This document shows positions 24,611 to 39,182 of a stretch of DNA of 64,000 nt, piece by piece. The notes below the pieces were generated by a model. That model had not been told where the DNA came from. It worked only from the letters and a program-made list of their open reading frames with translations, and ran no database searches. Each line of letters begins with the position of its first letter. Position 1 is the first letter of the stretch. Source of the DNA: Carcharhinus longimanus (Eukaryota); assembly GCA_030264375.1 (NCBI GenBank), contig JASCQW010000061.1, positions 69,054,258 to 69,118,257 on the forward strand, given 5' to 3'. The translations under genes and the position numbers were made by a program.

Positions 24611-25726
24611 CCCCCTTGACCTTTACAATTAAAAAAACACACAACCACAAGGCATCATACTCAAGCAGAAAGAAATCTCCACTGGGAAATGATTCTGCGG
24701 TGTTGATTTGCATTTCTGAAACTCAGGAGCTTACAGTGCCTTTCCCCCCAGAACTCAAACCATTTGGAAACAGATTTTTTTGATGACAGAAGTTTTTAGG
24801 AAAAGCTAAATGTGATCTGAAACTACACTTGTTAGGGCATGGACTGCTCAGAATGTGATTTTAAAAATCAGAACCCTAAAGGTCTGTTTGCAGAAAGATG
24901 ACAGAAATGGCATGTAGACTTTGGATTAATGGAAGATTAATCCATATTTTAAGGGATTCCTTTTAGATAATTCAGTGTTGTATATGATACATTTTTACAA
25001 ACAACATGATGTATTTCATAAATTGGTTTGATATACCAACAACAAGAATGTCTAGATGAGTGCAAGATGAAAAATTTTGACAAAGAAGTCTCTTTTCAGC
25101 AATACTCTGTCCTACCGAATATAGCAAGTTGCTTAAAGGACTATAAATGATGTGATCATCAAGATGGCTCAATCTACACTCTGCTACTTCAGCACACTAG
25201 ATGATGACATGGATTAGGGCTGAAAATTAATTGTGGAGTTGTAAAACTAATTAGTTGTGCACTCCAGCCACATCACTTAATAGAATACACACCTAAACCA
25301 TTCATCCACTTCATAATAAACTCAAAGTGCTCGCTAGAGATCTTACAGCAATATATTAATTACAGTTGGGTCATCATGTCACCGTGTAAAGACGCATCCA
25401 AGGTTTACAACAAATCAGAATATTCAGGCATAATAGAAATGCGTCACCTCCTTAATGTTCATGTTTCTGCAAACCCTACACGGATAAGCTCAGCAGAATA
25501 TAGATAAACAATACTGACATAAATTCTTTTGTGAAACTGCAGGTATTGTAATGTGCAAGGGCTATTGACTGAGTAAGTTACATTGAGCTTTTATTATGGA
25601 ATATTGAGTGTTAATGATATTTTCAGGTTCCAACTCCATGATTTTGCACTATGTTTTTTATAGTGAAGGATGAAAGTATTGCTATGTTGCTGTTTTTTTT
25701 AATTCTTTGTGGGCATCACTGGTAAT

Positions 25727-25995
25727 CATGATGTGGAGATGCCAGTGTTGGACTGGGGTGGGCACAGTAAAAAGTCTCACAACACAAGGATAAAGTCCAA
25801 CAGGTTTATTTGGCACTAGCTTTCAGAGTCTCAGACTCCTTTATCAGGTGAGTGAAGGCTTGTGTTCACAAACAGGTCATATACAGACTCAAACTCAACT
25901 TACAAGATAATGATTGGAAGTCTTTACAGGTAATCAATTCTTAAAGGTACAGACAATGTGAGTGGAGAGAGGGCCAAACACAAGTTGAAGAGATG
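25727..25995. mobile_element. Copy of the same Penelope terminal-repeat family, with a decayed hammerhead core
   Basis: Contains gatgtggagatgccagtgttggactgggg...aagtctcacaacac...ctagctttcagagtctcagactcctttatcaggtgag (minus: CTGATAA-AGGAGTC-TGA-GACTCT-GAAAGCT). Confidence 0.65.
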
Positions 25996-26080
25996 TGTAT
26001 TACTGATATGTGTATCACTGTTAATGCCAGCACTGGTTTCCCATCCCTAATTGTCCTGGAACTGAGTAGCTTTCTAAGTT

Positions 26081-26365
26081 TAAAGCTTATTTATTAGTAT
26101 CGCAAGTAAGCTTACATTAACACTGCAATGAAGTTATTGTGAAAATCCCCTAGTCGCCACACTCTGATGCCTGTTCGGGTACACTGAGGGAGAATTTAGC
26201 ATGGCCAATGCTAACCAGCATATCTTTCAGACTGTGGGAGGAAACAGGAGCATCTGGAAGAAATCCACACAGACACAGGGAGAACACACAGACAGTAACC
26301 CAAGCTGGGAATCGAACCAAGGTTCCTGGTGCTGTGAGGCAGCAGTGCTAACCACTGTGCCACCA
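26081..26365 (-). mobile_element. HE1-related SINE
   Basis: Reverse of the 4602-5155 SINE (ggtggcacagtggttagcactgctgcctcacagc...ggggattttcacaataacttcattgcagtgttaatgtaag). Confidence 0.75.
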
Positions 26366-29300
26366 TGAGGCCATTTCAGAGTTGACCATATTGCTGTGCG
26401 TCAGGAGTCACATGTAGTCCAGAATGGATGAGAATGGCAGATTTCCTTCCCTAAAGGACATTAATGAACCAGATTTTTTTTTTTAAACGACAATCAATGA
26501 TACTTTTAAGGTCACAATTACTAAAACTAGATTTATATTCCAGATTTATTAATTGAATTTAAATTCCACTAACTGCTGCGGTGGTATTTGAACCCATGAC
26601 CCAGGACATTAGCCTGGGCCTCTGAATTACTAGCCCAGTAACATTATCATTGCGACACAATCTATGTTTCAGGTTATTATTGGAAATGAAGAATAGTTAA
26701 AAAAATGTAGGATAAATGGAAGACAAATAAAGATATTCAAGATTTAGTCGAAAACATGAGACTTTATATTGAAGAAATTCATATAAATCTGCAGAGGTTT
26801 AGGAAGAGGATGGGAGTTAAAACAAATTAATATGTTACATATATAGTTCACACTATTCAAAGTGTGAATTATATGTACAGCTACTACTATACTACTTCTC
26901 CCAATCACTTCCTGCTTTGTATGCTGTTGGCTTGCTCGTCTGATATCCCATTTTTGATGAACTGCAATTTCCATCAGCTAAACATTAGGATGACTGAAGC
27001 CACCATCTTCACAGAAATAGTCACTTACCCCAGGCCGAACCAGGCTGCCTGGAACCTAGGGGTGTCCTGAAAACCAACCTCAACTTACCCATTCTACTGT
27101 GACAGAAGTCAGATTGAGCTGCACATAACACAGCATGTGTTGTGCCAGCCTTACTGGCATCACAAATTTAATGACCTGAATGGACTTTTTTGGTGGGAAA
27201 AGAACAAAGGTTGTACTCAGGGCAGCTGCAACCACCTGTATTCTCATGGCGCAACAAATTCCAACCTTTATTTCAAGTTGGGCATGGAGCAGTTACAGGG
27301 GTAAACTTTCAAAGATACAACATTAATAGTCCCCTTAAGACTGAGGGTCATCAATCAGAGGCTGACTTGGTCCATCCCAAGTAATTGTTGGCTAAAAGCA
27401 AGATTGTAACTGTTCCCATGTGTCTAATCTCTATTTCTTAATATTCCACCACCTTTGTGGCAGGTTAGTTATTCAAGCCATAATAATAAACATAGATTCT
27501 TAGTTCCACATTTAAATTTAAAGAGGGTTAAATGAGACTTTAATGGTGAGTCCATAAATGGTGTAATGGAGGTGAAATTTATCTTAACTGGACTGTATGT
27601 ATTCATTCTTTTTTTCACATATTTTCCTCACATATTTTGGACCCTATTGTGTCTCATCAATTTCCTTCCTGTTTCATTCTGCAAATGAAACCTGAAATCT
27701 TTAATTTTTAAACAGGAATAAGAATCCTCTTTGTGGGTTGCAAGACAAGATTTTGGGTTTGCCAGTTGTGACGCAGCAAAGGCAGCTGTGGAGCTCAGGC
27801 TGAATGCTAACAGCTGCGGAGCCCCTTTAAATTCTTATTTTTTTTGATTGATGGACGGGACCTAATGGACATCTTTGAGACCTGTTTGCTGTGCAAAAAA
27901 GACGCAGAAAGGCAGGTGTTTAATCTTTTAAAAAGACATGTCATTTAAACAACTACATTCACTGCTCAGGAGCTAAACAACCCACCTACACTTATTTAGG
28001 AGTCACTTGCAGCTTCTCACATGCTGACGCAGCCCTCCTGTCCTCCCTATCCCACACACCCTGGCCCACATGACACTGAGGAATTAATATGGGATCACAG
28101 CAGGAAAAATATGCTTAGGAAGCACTGCTTATAGGTACTGTGTACCAAAAATCAAAATTTTCAAACACTAGCATCTGAGAGCTTGTGGAGCATAAATTTC
28201 ACCAAAAAAGCTGACAGCATCTATTCCACAACAGTAAAGGCAGGGAAACATGATTCCTGTGGTGCTCAGTGTATCTGAATATTCATCTAATCAAACCTGA
28301 GAGAAGAAACAATATCCCTGGACTGACTTGTCATTAGCAAATTTGTCAGCTGCCATGAAAAGAAATTCTGATTAACAAGCAGTAGGCAGAACTAATGGTG
28401 TAGGAGTTTGATTTTTTTCACCAATGACCAGCCTAATGGCCTACATTTAAACATCGGGCGCCTAATGTACTACTTTCAGACATGTTCGCTGATCTGAAAA
28501 GGATCTTGATACAAAGAAAAAGTGAATCAGGTTGGAAAAGACAATAAGAATGTTTTTCCTCACGTGTTTATAAAACCATTATTACGTAACTGATCCAGTA
28601 AACATCAAGTATTTTTTCTCTTCCGACTCAAGGGAAAATGGGATGGAAATTGTATAAAGCTTATGACTATTTGCGTTGGCATCTATTTCCTTAGTATTGA
28701 TTGCATTAATGTTCCAGAAGGTTACCCTGATGACCTTATTTTAAATTCAGTAGGGCTTGCGGAAGTGCAACTGGTTATGCTGACTAACTTGAAAAGTACA
28801 AAAGCTTTTGTTTCTTTGTTGAAACCATGCCTGCAAAAAGCAATGTACAAATTTCTTCCAACAGAAGCCCATTAACATCCTGCTCTACATGGGAAATCAT
28901 GACCATGGACTAGAGTTGTAAAGCTTGAGCTCTAGCAACTGGAGACACTTCCTGTGCTCATGGCTAGCCAGGATGGGGTGTTGGTACAACATGGACAGTT
29001 TACATCTGAACAAAGCTGAGACCATTGTTCTTGCCGAGAAGTCAATTAATATTGTTGGTGAAGGTTTAAAGGACTTTGGCAAAGAAAAGCAACCAGAAAA
29101 TAGCAGCAGTGAGCAGTAAAATTAGAAATATCCCACAAATCACAGGGACCTGATTGAGGAAAGTAGCACATGTACTGAAGGAAGCATTAAATCTGCATAT
29201 ACACAATATCCAGAGCACAACTAAGATGGTTCGGCAGGCACAAATTGCTGGATGGAATTATGACAGTTAGATTAACTGAGACATGGCTCAAACAAGACCT

Positions 29301-30299
29301 GCAATGGAAAAAGGTGCAAATATCAGCAGCAAGGTTCAATTAACAAACAGAATGATGATGGAAAGTGAAGGAATGAAATGAGAAAGTTAATGGAGGAGGC
29401 TAAAGGCAGAGAAAGGGAGGAGAAAAGATTAGTATGCAATACTAAAACAAACGCCAAAACATTTTATGAATATGCAAGGCAAAAGTTTAGGCATATGCCA
29501 GTTTTGGGGTGTCGGACAATCGATTTGTAATAAGCTTCTTCCTGCAGAGAGACAGTATGCAAATTTTGCGCTGTCTCCTCATTTGAATGATTTTGTCATG
29601 TTGCCCAATGTGACCAAGGGTCTGACAATGTGGGAAACTAACACACATTCCAGCTAGCCTCCAGTTCATACAGGCACTCTGTCCCTCAGAGGGAAGCTGC
29701 ATTCAATTGCAGGAGGCTGATGCTGACTGTCACTGCTATAGTTGTAAAAGAAGCAAATGGAGCACCTGGGCAGAGAGAGGACTGTGGTTTGTGGCTGCAT
29801 TGCTGGAAGTTAAAGGCACAGTTGTTGACAGTAATCACAGACATAATGTAAGCAATGCTACCAAATGGCAATATTAACTCAAGGGGCCGAATGGCTCATT
29901 TCTGCTCCTAATATGCAAGTCATTCTGTATGAGTGTGATGAGCTGGGTTAGATGACCTTTGACATCCAGAACTATCTTGCCAACAGAGGGTGGAATCGAG
30001 CTGGAGTTCTGTTTATTTTGTTCCAAATGGAAGTTTACTGTGAGTGAGCTTTGTGGGGTGAAATTTCCAGTACAGGAGTGGATAATGGACTGTGAATTAG
30101 TAACCTGTTTTACACTGAACATGATTCTCGGGAGTCTTTTCTATTGACTCCAATCCTGTTCTTTTATTTACTTCTCTAATAGCTTACTCTAACTTGATGC
30201 TTTAATGAGATCTTTGGAGGTATTGAAATATGATAAAGTTGCAGTGTGTGGTAGACATTGAAAATGTATTGTAGTGAGGAGCAGCAAAGCCTTCAGGCT

Positions 30300-30860
30300 T
30301 ACTGATCAAGAAAACACAGATACAACTGTAAACCTGTCCTCTATCTATCCCACTAGTTATATCCCCAAAAGACTCCAGTAAATTTGTCAAACAGGATATT
30401 CCTTTTGGTAAAACCATGCTGATTTGTTTTAATCAAATTATGCCTAAGTGCATTGTTAATACTTCCTTTGTAATAGACTCCACCATTTTCCCAACATCTA
30501 ATGTTCATCTAACTGGCTTATAGTTTTCTGTGTCTCTTCTCTCTCCTTTCTTGAAAAGTGGTGTAATATTTGCCATCTTCCAACCCAATGGGCTTGTCTT
30601 TGAATCCAAGGAATTCTGGAAAATCATAGCCAGCACATCCACCATCTCTGCAACTATCTCTTTAAAACCCTTAGGGTGTAGGTCATCAGTTTTAGTCCCT
30701 CAAGTTTCTCCAATGCTTTTTATCTGCTGATACTCACTTTTCAGCCCCTAATTTATTATCTATTTCTGGTTTTCCACTTGACGACAGGCAAAATATTTGT
30801 TCAATGCCTCTGCCATTTCCTTATGAAAATGTTCCCTGTCTCTGCTTCTATAAGAAGTCT
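30300..30860 (-). mobile_element. CR1 RT fragment
   Basis: Remnant 'KGISCLTNLLESFGDITSGIDRG' (CR1 RT motif SCLTNLLEFF). Confidence 0.7.
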
Positions 30861-31564
30861 TACAATTTAAAAAATATTTCTGACAGCAGGCAGAGAGAGA
30901 ATCATGCCCTCTTCTTTGTGCATTTCACTACAAACAGTTAATGTCTTAGTCCAGATCAGTACAGGCAAATTAAAAGAATAGGAACAAAGTGGACAGATAA
31001 GAATCTGGAGCTGAAGATTTATTGCTGATCCATTAAAATTCCGAGTCATAAAATTATATATCCAAATGCCAAATGTCCAGAATTTAAACACAGAAATTTT
31101 AAACCTTTAATGCTAAGTATTGTACATATCCAGTAAAAAAAAGAATGAATTTCCATTTGGCTATTAGAAAGCAGCACAACCTCTGACAATACAATTAAAT
31201 GATTTATAAAAATGTGTTAGCTGTTTTTACAACACAACATTGAAAGATGAGCCAAGAGCACTGCAGCAGCAACTTGTATCTGCAAGAACAGTATCTTCTT
31301 TCAGTGGATTTTGATCGCAATAAGTAGCATTCCAGTTTAATACTTCTGGTTTTTATCCTAGACCGTAAGTACTTGAAATGCTTCCCAATAGATAGTACTT
31401 CAATAAAGCATTTTCACAATAATCTTAAAATTGTACCACCTTCAAGTCTCTAGCCTTTGGTAAGATGCATATGCTTAAATCGTAGGTATTGTTCCAAACA
31501 TTTTACTGCTAATATAACATGTGTTAATTTCAATTACATTCAGAAAATACCGCTTATCTCTTAC

Positions 31565-31763
31565 CTGTTCAGCACCCATAGAGGACAATCCTGATGTAGG
31601 CACAGAGGTCATTGAGGTCATGCTAATCTGCCCTGACATCTGATTCATGTTGCTCATACTGGCAGTATTGGTTGCCATAGAAACACTGATATTCATATTG
31701 TTGCTGTACATGCTGGTGTTTGCCTGTTGTCCAAACTGTGGTGGGGATGGCTGCGAAAACATG
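31565..31763 (-). CDS. NCOA2: NCOA2 coding exon, AD2 region ([32 protein letters not shown]...[11 protein letters not shown])
   Basis: Near-identical to human '[32 protein letters not shown]...[11 protein letters not shown]', which is diagnostic for NCOA2 over NCOA1/3. Acceptor aacacag|C, donor CAG|gtaaga, 199 bp, phase 2->0. Confidence 0.96.
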
Positions 31764-33544
31764 CTGTGTTACAAGAAAAAAAAAATCAACTATTAGATTA
31801 AGCACATTTACCACAAAACATTTTATCACATGGGTCTCATCTGTCAGATATTCTGATTCTTACAATGGATAAGCATAATTATTTTGCAGGCGCATTAATT
31901 GCCACGTTTAAGCCACAATAGTTTTANNNNNNNNNNNNNNNNNNNNNNNNNNNNNNNNNNNNNNNNNNNNNNNNNNNNNNNNNNNNNNNNNNNNNNNNNN
32001 NNNNNNNNNNNNNNNNNNNNNNNNNNTTTTCAGTGCTGAAATGTTTACGTACACTTTTGCACAACTGAAACAAATTATTGCACACTGTTCATTATCCATA
32101 TGCACAAAATCTACAGTCATCTGTATCCCGCCCCATACTAATGCTCGCTCAATAATCACTCTTGTTCTCATTCAACCACACCATTCACTGTGCCTCCATA
32201 TAAAATATTTACGCTCTTTTGTACAGCATTGGTATATATTGCATTTGCTTTGCAGCTTTAACATACACATTGTTATCACAATCCAGTACAGAAGTTTTCT
32301 GAACAATGAAAATCTTATTATGATGGAACATGCAGACAAAGGTTGTATCTTTTGAGATGGATGTTAATGGAAAAGGGCAACCAACCAAGCAAACTAAGAC
32401 TGAAATGGAGAATTGGAAACCATAACTCCCAGCTAAAACTATATAAAAGGAGACAGAGTCATCAGAGCTTTGCAGAAGTTGATGAGTCCAGCGGTACAGT
32501 ACAAGCAGGCTGAAAAAGGGAGGCTAGACCCAGAAGCTGGAAGTAGACAAATATGCTGTTGTTACAGGTGTTTCTGTTATTTGAAGATAACATTGGTAGA
32601 TCTAAGCCATCCAGGTTGATTATAGGAGGTGCTGCAGACATGAGCCACTTTTTGGTGATGACCATATCTGTGGAACTTGGGTTGTAAGTGCTTTTGTAGT
32701 CAGTTGGGGGGATCAGGCTATATCCTAGAAGAGGAGCTGAAATTCTTTGTAAAGAAGAGAGTTTTGAAAGATTTTCTGATTGACTTTGATGACTTCTATG
32801 CTGGGTAGACTCTTAAGCCAATTCATAAAATCTGTCTCAGTTGTATCTGCCATTTAAATATGCAATTTACAGTTTATAACTGAATGTAAACTGCCTGTTA
32901 ATTCATGTTTACATCATGTTGACTTGGGGTTTGAGAGTTAGGTGATTAAGAAGTCTTTGCTTTGACGGATTCTTTTATAGTAAAATTATTTGTTCTAAAC
33001 AGTGGAATCTTCTGGATTTATTCTGTTAGTAAATAACTGGCATTTCAGATTCCTTCTATTTAATTGCCGATCTTTCCCAAGATTGTAATACTGCAGATAC
33101 TACAAGATAATTTTATGTCTACCTTTGGACCAATTCATTTCTGGAGACCCCCTTTCCCACTATAGCAAATACAGCCTGCAGCAAAAACTACCCAAAAAGG
33201 GATACTGACTTTAACAACAGCAATTACAGAACATGTTAGATCAACATTAACGGCTGTTTTCCTTTCTGCAAGATTTAAACAACTCTTCTCCACACAGGCA
33301 CATGATCTAATCCACTGCCAATCATTAAACATATTACTCTTTTTTATTTCTTCAAAAGTCAGCAAAAATGGCCAGGCTGTATTTATTGCCCATTGCAAGG
33401 TGCCCTAAATAAGGTGGCAGACCTTCTTCAAGACTGATGCAGTTACTATGGCTAGGGCCAAGATTATTCTACCCAGCTCCCAAGTGTGTATATAGAATAC
33501 TTTAAAGCTTAAATTCAAAGTTTATGGGAGATAATCAGAAGTAC

Positions 33545-33722
33545 CCATTTCCATTTAGGTTTCCCTGTGGCCAGCCATTAATCTCCGAAGGTGACTGGTA
33601 AGTAGGTGTAGATTGAGACTGCTGCATCATTGGACTCTGCGTATGACTCATCCGTGGGGACAATAATGGGCTCTGGGGAGTTGTAGCCCCACCAAATCCT
33701 GTATCAGACTGTTGATTGATCC
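33545..33722 (-). CDS. NCOA2: NCOA2 coding exon ([37 protein letters not shown]...[13 protein letters not shown]); not in the ORF track
   Basis: Read by hand; matches human '[37 protein letters not shown]...DINGWAQGN'. Acceptor tattcacag|GG, donor GG|gtactt, 178 bp, phase 1->2. Confidence 0.94.
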
Positions 33723-36559
33723 CTGTGAATAAACAAAGCAGATATAGTAACTTTGAAAAAAGCTATTATTCTGTGTACAATTATAAAAATGTACAAACAA
33801 AATAATAAATTTCAAACAATTCTCCTACCTAGATAACAATGTCCAGAGTATGAATTATTAGAAAAAAAACAAAAATCCAGTTAAATGTCAACATGGCTGA
33901 CAGGATTTATTTTAAAACTTTAAGCTGCATAGCATCAATTTGTTATACATGACGTAATTTGTTTAAAATGGGTCTGTCACTGCAGTTGCATACTTTGGCT
34001 CCATTGTCCAAATGCTTAGAGCCTTTTCTCCGAAGAAATGTTTGCAAGACCACTGTATAAAATTGGAAGCAGCCAAACATTAAAACACAGGCTGGCTTCT
34101 TTATTTGTGATCAGCTAACCTGTGACCACTGGATTCCAGGATTAATGATGTTTTAGTGTGATTTGTCTCTGCTAATAGCACAAGCATATTTTGATTTACC
34201 ACTTGGTTCTACCGAAAGCATCAGTCTCCAGTTAATCCATCATTCACAATCACATAAAAAACCAATGTACAAGAATCTGTCTGTACAGACTGAAGGAACA
34301 CAATAAAATTGTCGAGGTTTATGGAAAGATGGACAGAAACAGGAATTAACGATTTATATGGTGACATCCACAAAATGAAATCTACGTGAACTGCTGAAAA
34401 GAGGTAAGAGGAAAGTGCAACAGCAAGGTATTGTTTCTCTTGCGTCAACAAATATGCGTATTTTACTTTGGATTTACTTTGTTAGTGTCGAGTCCTAAGG
34501 TTTGGACTCGCTATGACAGTGCCATTTAAAAGTCTCCTCAAAACCCATTTTAGCAATCCAGTCTTCAGTGTCCTCGCACTACTTATCTTTCATGTACACC
34601 GAACTGTAGCATAAGACCAATTCTGCCATAATTTTAGTGACTGCTATAAAAAATTGTCACAATGCATTCACACAGAATTATGATTGTGTTTTTTTAAACT
34701 ACATTTCTTAAAAGGCGCTTTTTTCTTAAAATATTCTTTCAATATACTATAACATTTCTCTCTCATGAACTTTCTATCATTTCTCCCCTTTAGTTGGCCA
34801 GTCAATGTTAAAGTCATTGTAATCAAGGCTTACCCTGTACCCACCAAAGAACTCCCACAAGATTCCGCAATAGGAGTATGAGCTCTGGGATATATGACAC
34901 AATTGGAGTCAGACTAGCTAACTCCAAAGAGGACATGATTCATGCCCGAGGCCGCCTTAATGCATAAGTTTTTCCCACATTACATGATGGATTTAGCCCA
35001 TTAGACACCAGGGTATCAAAGTTACTAACTGTGTACTGAAACAATTTACTCTTAATCACAAAGTATCACATTCATTATGGTTTTGTGTTGTTGGGTCAAA
35101 CTCTGGAGGGGAAAGGACAGAACCAAAACTATTTAACTTGCCTAATTCATAACGTGCATGTTCTTGGAAAATGGAAATTTCTACAATTATACGTAGCAAG
35201 CTATAGAATTACCTTTTTAGTAATTCTACAACTGTACTACTACAAATGAAGGAATACCATTTCTTATTTCAGGTTAATTTTCTTTTAAGTTGAATTTACT
35301 TTAAGATCATTGCAATATATATTAAAGGAATTAAGAGTTGGGATAAAGCAAATTGTCCAATAACAGCACATCAGTGCAAGATTAATAACAAAGTTTCCAC
35401 ATCTGCACAGCTTAGTCTCTACTCTAGAAAGTGATCAGATTAGTTTAATGTTCAGTCAAAACTTGATATGATATCCTGGATGCTGCATGAATCCCTATTC
35501 TGGTTAGAACAATTAGTAAATGGAAATCACTATCCCATTTCTAAACTATGAAAACGTGCCTCAGTGTACCAAAACCAAAAAGCACATCTAGCATTTGAAG
35601 TTCATTTTAAGCCCGAGATCCCATTTGCATTATTATTTGGATGCTGTTGTGCAATTATGATTCAGTACTCGATTCACCCAGTTTAACAAGATGCCAATAT
35701 GAAATGGCTGATGAAAGACTGCTACTAAATTTATTATGGCACATTATCCACTAAAACAGGATCATTTTCGGAACCAAGCAATTCCTTTCAAGTTTTGTAA
35801 AAAACAGAATTTACTGAACAAAATGTTTTAGTAAATAAAGACGTTTATTTACAAATTAAATCCAAGTTTTGTTTAATTAAAAATAGAAAATTATTTCAAA
35901 TTAAATTTAACTAACAATATTTGATAACATGCTCTCCTGGATAAGATTTTAGTCAGTCTGGATTGTAAATCTAGAATATACTATTCAATTTCCTGTGCCA
36001 CTCAATACTGTGAGTCGAGACCAAATGTAGTCTTCAGGAATAGAGGGGTTACAGGTTAGGAATATTTGATCAAAATACTGGAAGTTAATCACTATCTGTT
36101 TTAAAGTTATATATTTTGCCCTTTTCTTTGTACCATTTTACTTATTACCCTGATATTAGGAATGTTACATGTAACAGTGGTTCCTGTCCATTTGTTCCAT
36201 TATAAATGCCTACATTGGAATGTATAATGGAAATTGGCTGTATAAAGCAATCATATTCATTACACTCCCTAAAGGGATCGTCCTATAAATAATATTTTCA
36301 CTGTTATTGAAAGCTTTCCATTTCCACAATAAGTCAAATGGTTATTTTTGGGCCTATGCTAAACTCACATTAAAGCTGGATATTCTGAGCAAATACATCT
36401 AAAAGGAATGTGAAGACACTTCAGTATTTATTTGCTACTGCTGATGTCTAATCTTGTACATAAACTCTTGACACATCAGAATATTTGGATTAACAACCAA
36501 TCTTCTACATTGTTTTTTTACATGTATAAGATTACATTCCTGTTAGCCTTGGAGTGGTC

Positions 36560-36920
36560 TCTAAATATTAATCAGGTCATTGGCTAGTCTTGATAACTTT
36601 ACAGCAGGTGAAACTAGAACTAGGGGGCATAGCCTCAAAATAAGGGGGAGCAGATTTAGTACTGAGTTAAGGAGGAACTTCCTCACCCAAAGGGTTGTGA
36701 ATCTGTTGAATTCCCTGTCCAGTGAAACAGTTGAGGCTATCTTGTTGAACAATTTTATGGCAAAGATAGATTGATTTTTGAATAGTAAAAGAATTAAGGG
36801 TTATGGTGAGTGGGCAGGTAAGTGGAGCTGAGTCCATGAAAAGATCAGCTATGATCTTATTGAATGGCAGAGCAGGCTCCAAGGGCCAGATGGCCTACTC
36901 CTGCTCCTTGTTCTTATGTT
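36560..36920 (+). mobile_element. CR1 LINE 3' end
   Basis: 'GETRTRGHSLKIRGSRFSTELRRNFLTQRVVNLLNSL' plus the CR1 tail. Confidence 0.8.
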
Positions 36921-38117
36921 TACAATTTTTTTGTAAACAATAATTTGTAAGTGTTCTAAGGTGCTTCAGAAGAGCATGATAAAAGACAATGGACGTGTTT
37001 TTGTGTTCTTGTGAAATTGGTATCTGCAAGACAATAAATCAATGCTACTGTATACTATATATTTGGAATATCTCCATTACACAAAAAGCTTAAAGTTGCT
37101 TAAATGTCAACTTCTTCAAGTTAGAATTTATCAATCACTTCTTCAAAACCAAGCTTGGTGACAAACACTGATCTACAAACAGTACCACACAATTGTAACC
37201 AAAAAATTCAACGTCATCAGGTATGATTCAACAGAGCTTGAGAATTTGTAAACACAAAGTAAAATACTTTAAGATCTAGTTCAATAACCAAACCCTACTC
37301 ACATTCCAAATCTAGCTGCTGACTAAGTACTACAATATTATTTATTTGTGTAAAATTGACGTTCACATCTCTATTCCATTATACGAATGAGTTACCGCTT
37401 TAATTGCTAGTTAGTCCAGCTTCCAAACAGAATTTTTTATTGATGGAGGTAGGATTGGGAGTTCTAAAAATTCTAACACATCCAGTGTTACTTCAGAAGC
37501 TAAAAATTGCACCCTTAAAGTCTATACTTCAGAAAATATCAATTTCAACTCCTTTTGCAATCATATGTGTCAAGCCGCAACAAAATACGCAGGACAAATA
37601 ATAACGCAGTCCTCAGCATACCATCCAAGAACCACAGAATCCCTACAGTGTAGAAGGCCAGTAAGCCCAACAAGTCTGCACCAACTCTCTGAAAGAACAT
37701 CTTACCCAGGCTCAAGGATGATAATGATGGAATGGTGACCTCTATTTATATAAATAATTAGAGATTGCATCACAGGTATGAAACTTAATCCAACCAATTC
37801 AACACTCAATACTTTGCCCCAGCACCAGCTGGCATGGAATCAGAAACTTGTTTGCAGTAAAGTTTTTATTGACTTTGCAATATTCTTCTTATACTCTACA
37901 GAATGGCAAACAAGCAGTACATTTCCATTCTCTGCACAGTATCAATTAGTGGTCAGGAACAAGTACAGCAATGTTATTTATTTGGGTGAAAAGGGGCATT
38001 TGCACGTGATGAGCTACCATTGCAATTATTAGTTAGTCCAGCTTCCAAGCAAAATCTTTTGCTGATGGCGTAGGCTTGGTCATTATACAGCCAGGAATAA
38101 ATTGTGCTCTTTATAAT

Positions 38118-38510
38118 AACATAAGAGCAGGAGGAGGATTCATTTGGCCCCTCAAGTCTGCTCTGCTATTCAATAAGACATGGCTTATCGGATTGTGGCC
38201 GTAACTCCATTTTCCTGCCTGCCCCATGACCCTCAACTCCTTTGTACATCAAAAATCAGTCTAACTCAGCATTCAACATATAAAAAAAAAGGTCTAACTC
38301 AGCTTTCAATATATTCACTGGCCCAGGCTGCACTGCTGTCTGCGAAAGAGAATTCTAAACACCAGTGACCCTCAGAGAATAAATTCCTTCTCAGCTCTAT
38401 CTTGACCCTTTGTTTTTGAACTGTGGCTCTGAGCTCTAGATTCCTGTGAGGGGAAGTCCTCTCTGCATCTACCCTATTAGCCCCCTCAGAATCACATGTT
38501 TTAATAGAAG
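38118..38510 (-). mobile_element. Degenerate CR1 3' end
   Basis: 'VKIELRRNLFSEG' remnant and a reversed CR1 tail. Confidence 0.6.
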
Positions 38511-39182
38511 TTATAACATTGCTGGACATTATTCAGCCCATCATGTCTATTCAACTGATACTGTCCATGCTAAACCCACTTATCCGCTGTTTCCCCAGCA
38601 TACAGCACACTCCCCTTTCCATTCATCCAATTCCCTAATGATGTTATAGTCAATGTCTTGGTAGTCACTTGTCGTAAAGGTTTTCATATTCTTGTTCCCA
38701 ACATCTTGCAAATAAAAACGAACTAATTAATGTGAAATTGGGACCAATAACTTGATCCTGGACCAATAATCCTTGTAAATAATTTTTGAACAAGTAAAAT
38801 CAGTACAAACTAATTTCAACGTAGTTGTATACATAGAAAATTTTATCGTGGTGCAGTACAATCGAGCTGTGAAATGAAGTTATTTCTGAGAGCTTTTTTC
38901 ACAGGTTAAAGGCTTCACAGAAATACAGTGCTACTGAGCAGAGCAGAGTTAGGCAGTGCATGCAGGTTAGTACTGAAAGGTCACATTCACAAGAAAGGGA
39001 AGGCAGGTCAGGATAAATAAGACAAGGTAAAGAGATTACAAGCAACAGCTCCACACCCAATGCAAAGCCAAAATTGACTCGTTCAATCATTCCCAACGCA
39101 CAAAAGAAAAAGAATAAAACAATTTTTATAATAAATGCTTTTGCCATTCTAAAGTTAACAGCACTCAGAGGAAAGGCAGTAC

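Noticed and set aside
24735-24810. Minus-strand NLFPNGLSS followed by gtaag, resembling the 'NLFPNQL' of the missing penultimate exon
   Set aside because: Only ~6 residues match, there is no DPALR or KQEGD, and the nearest in-frame acceptor has the wrong phase. Probably chance.
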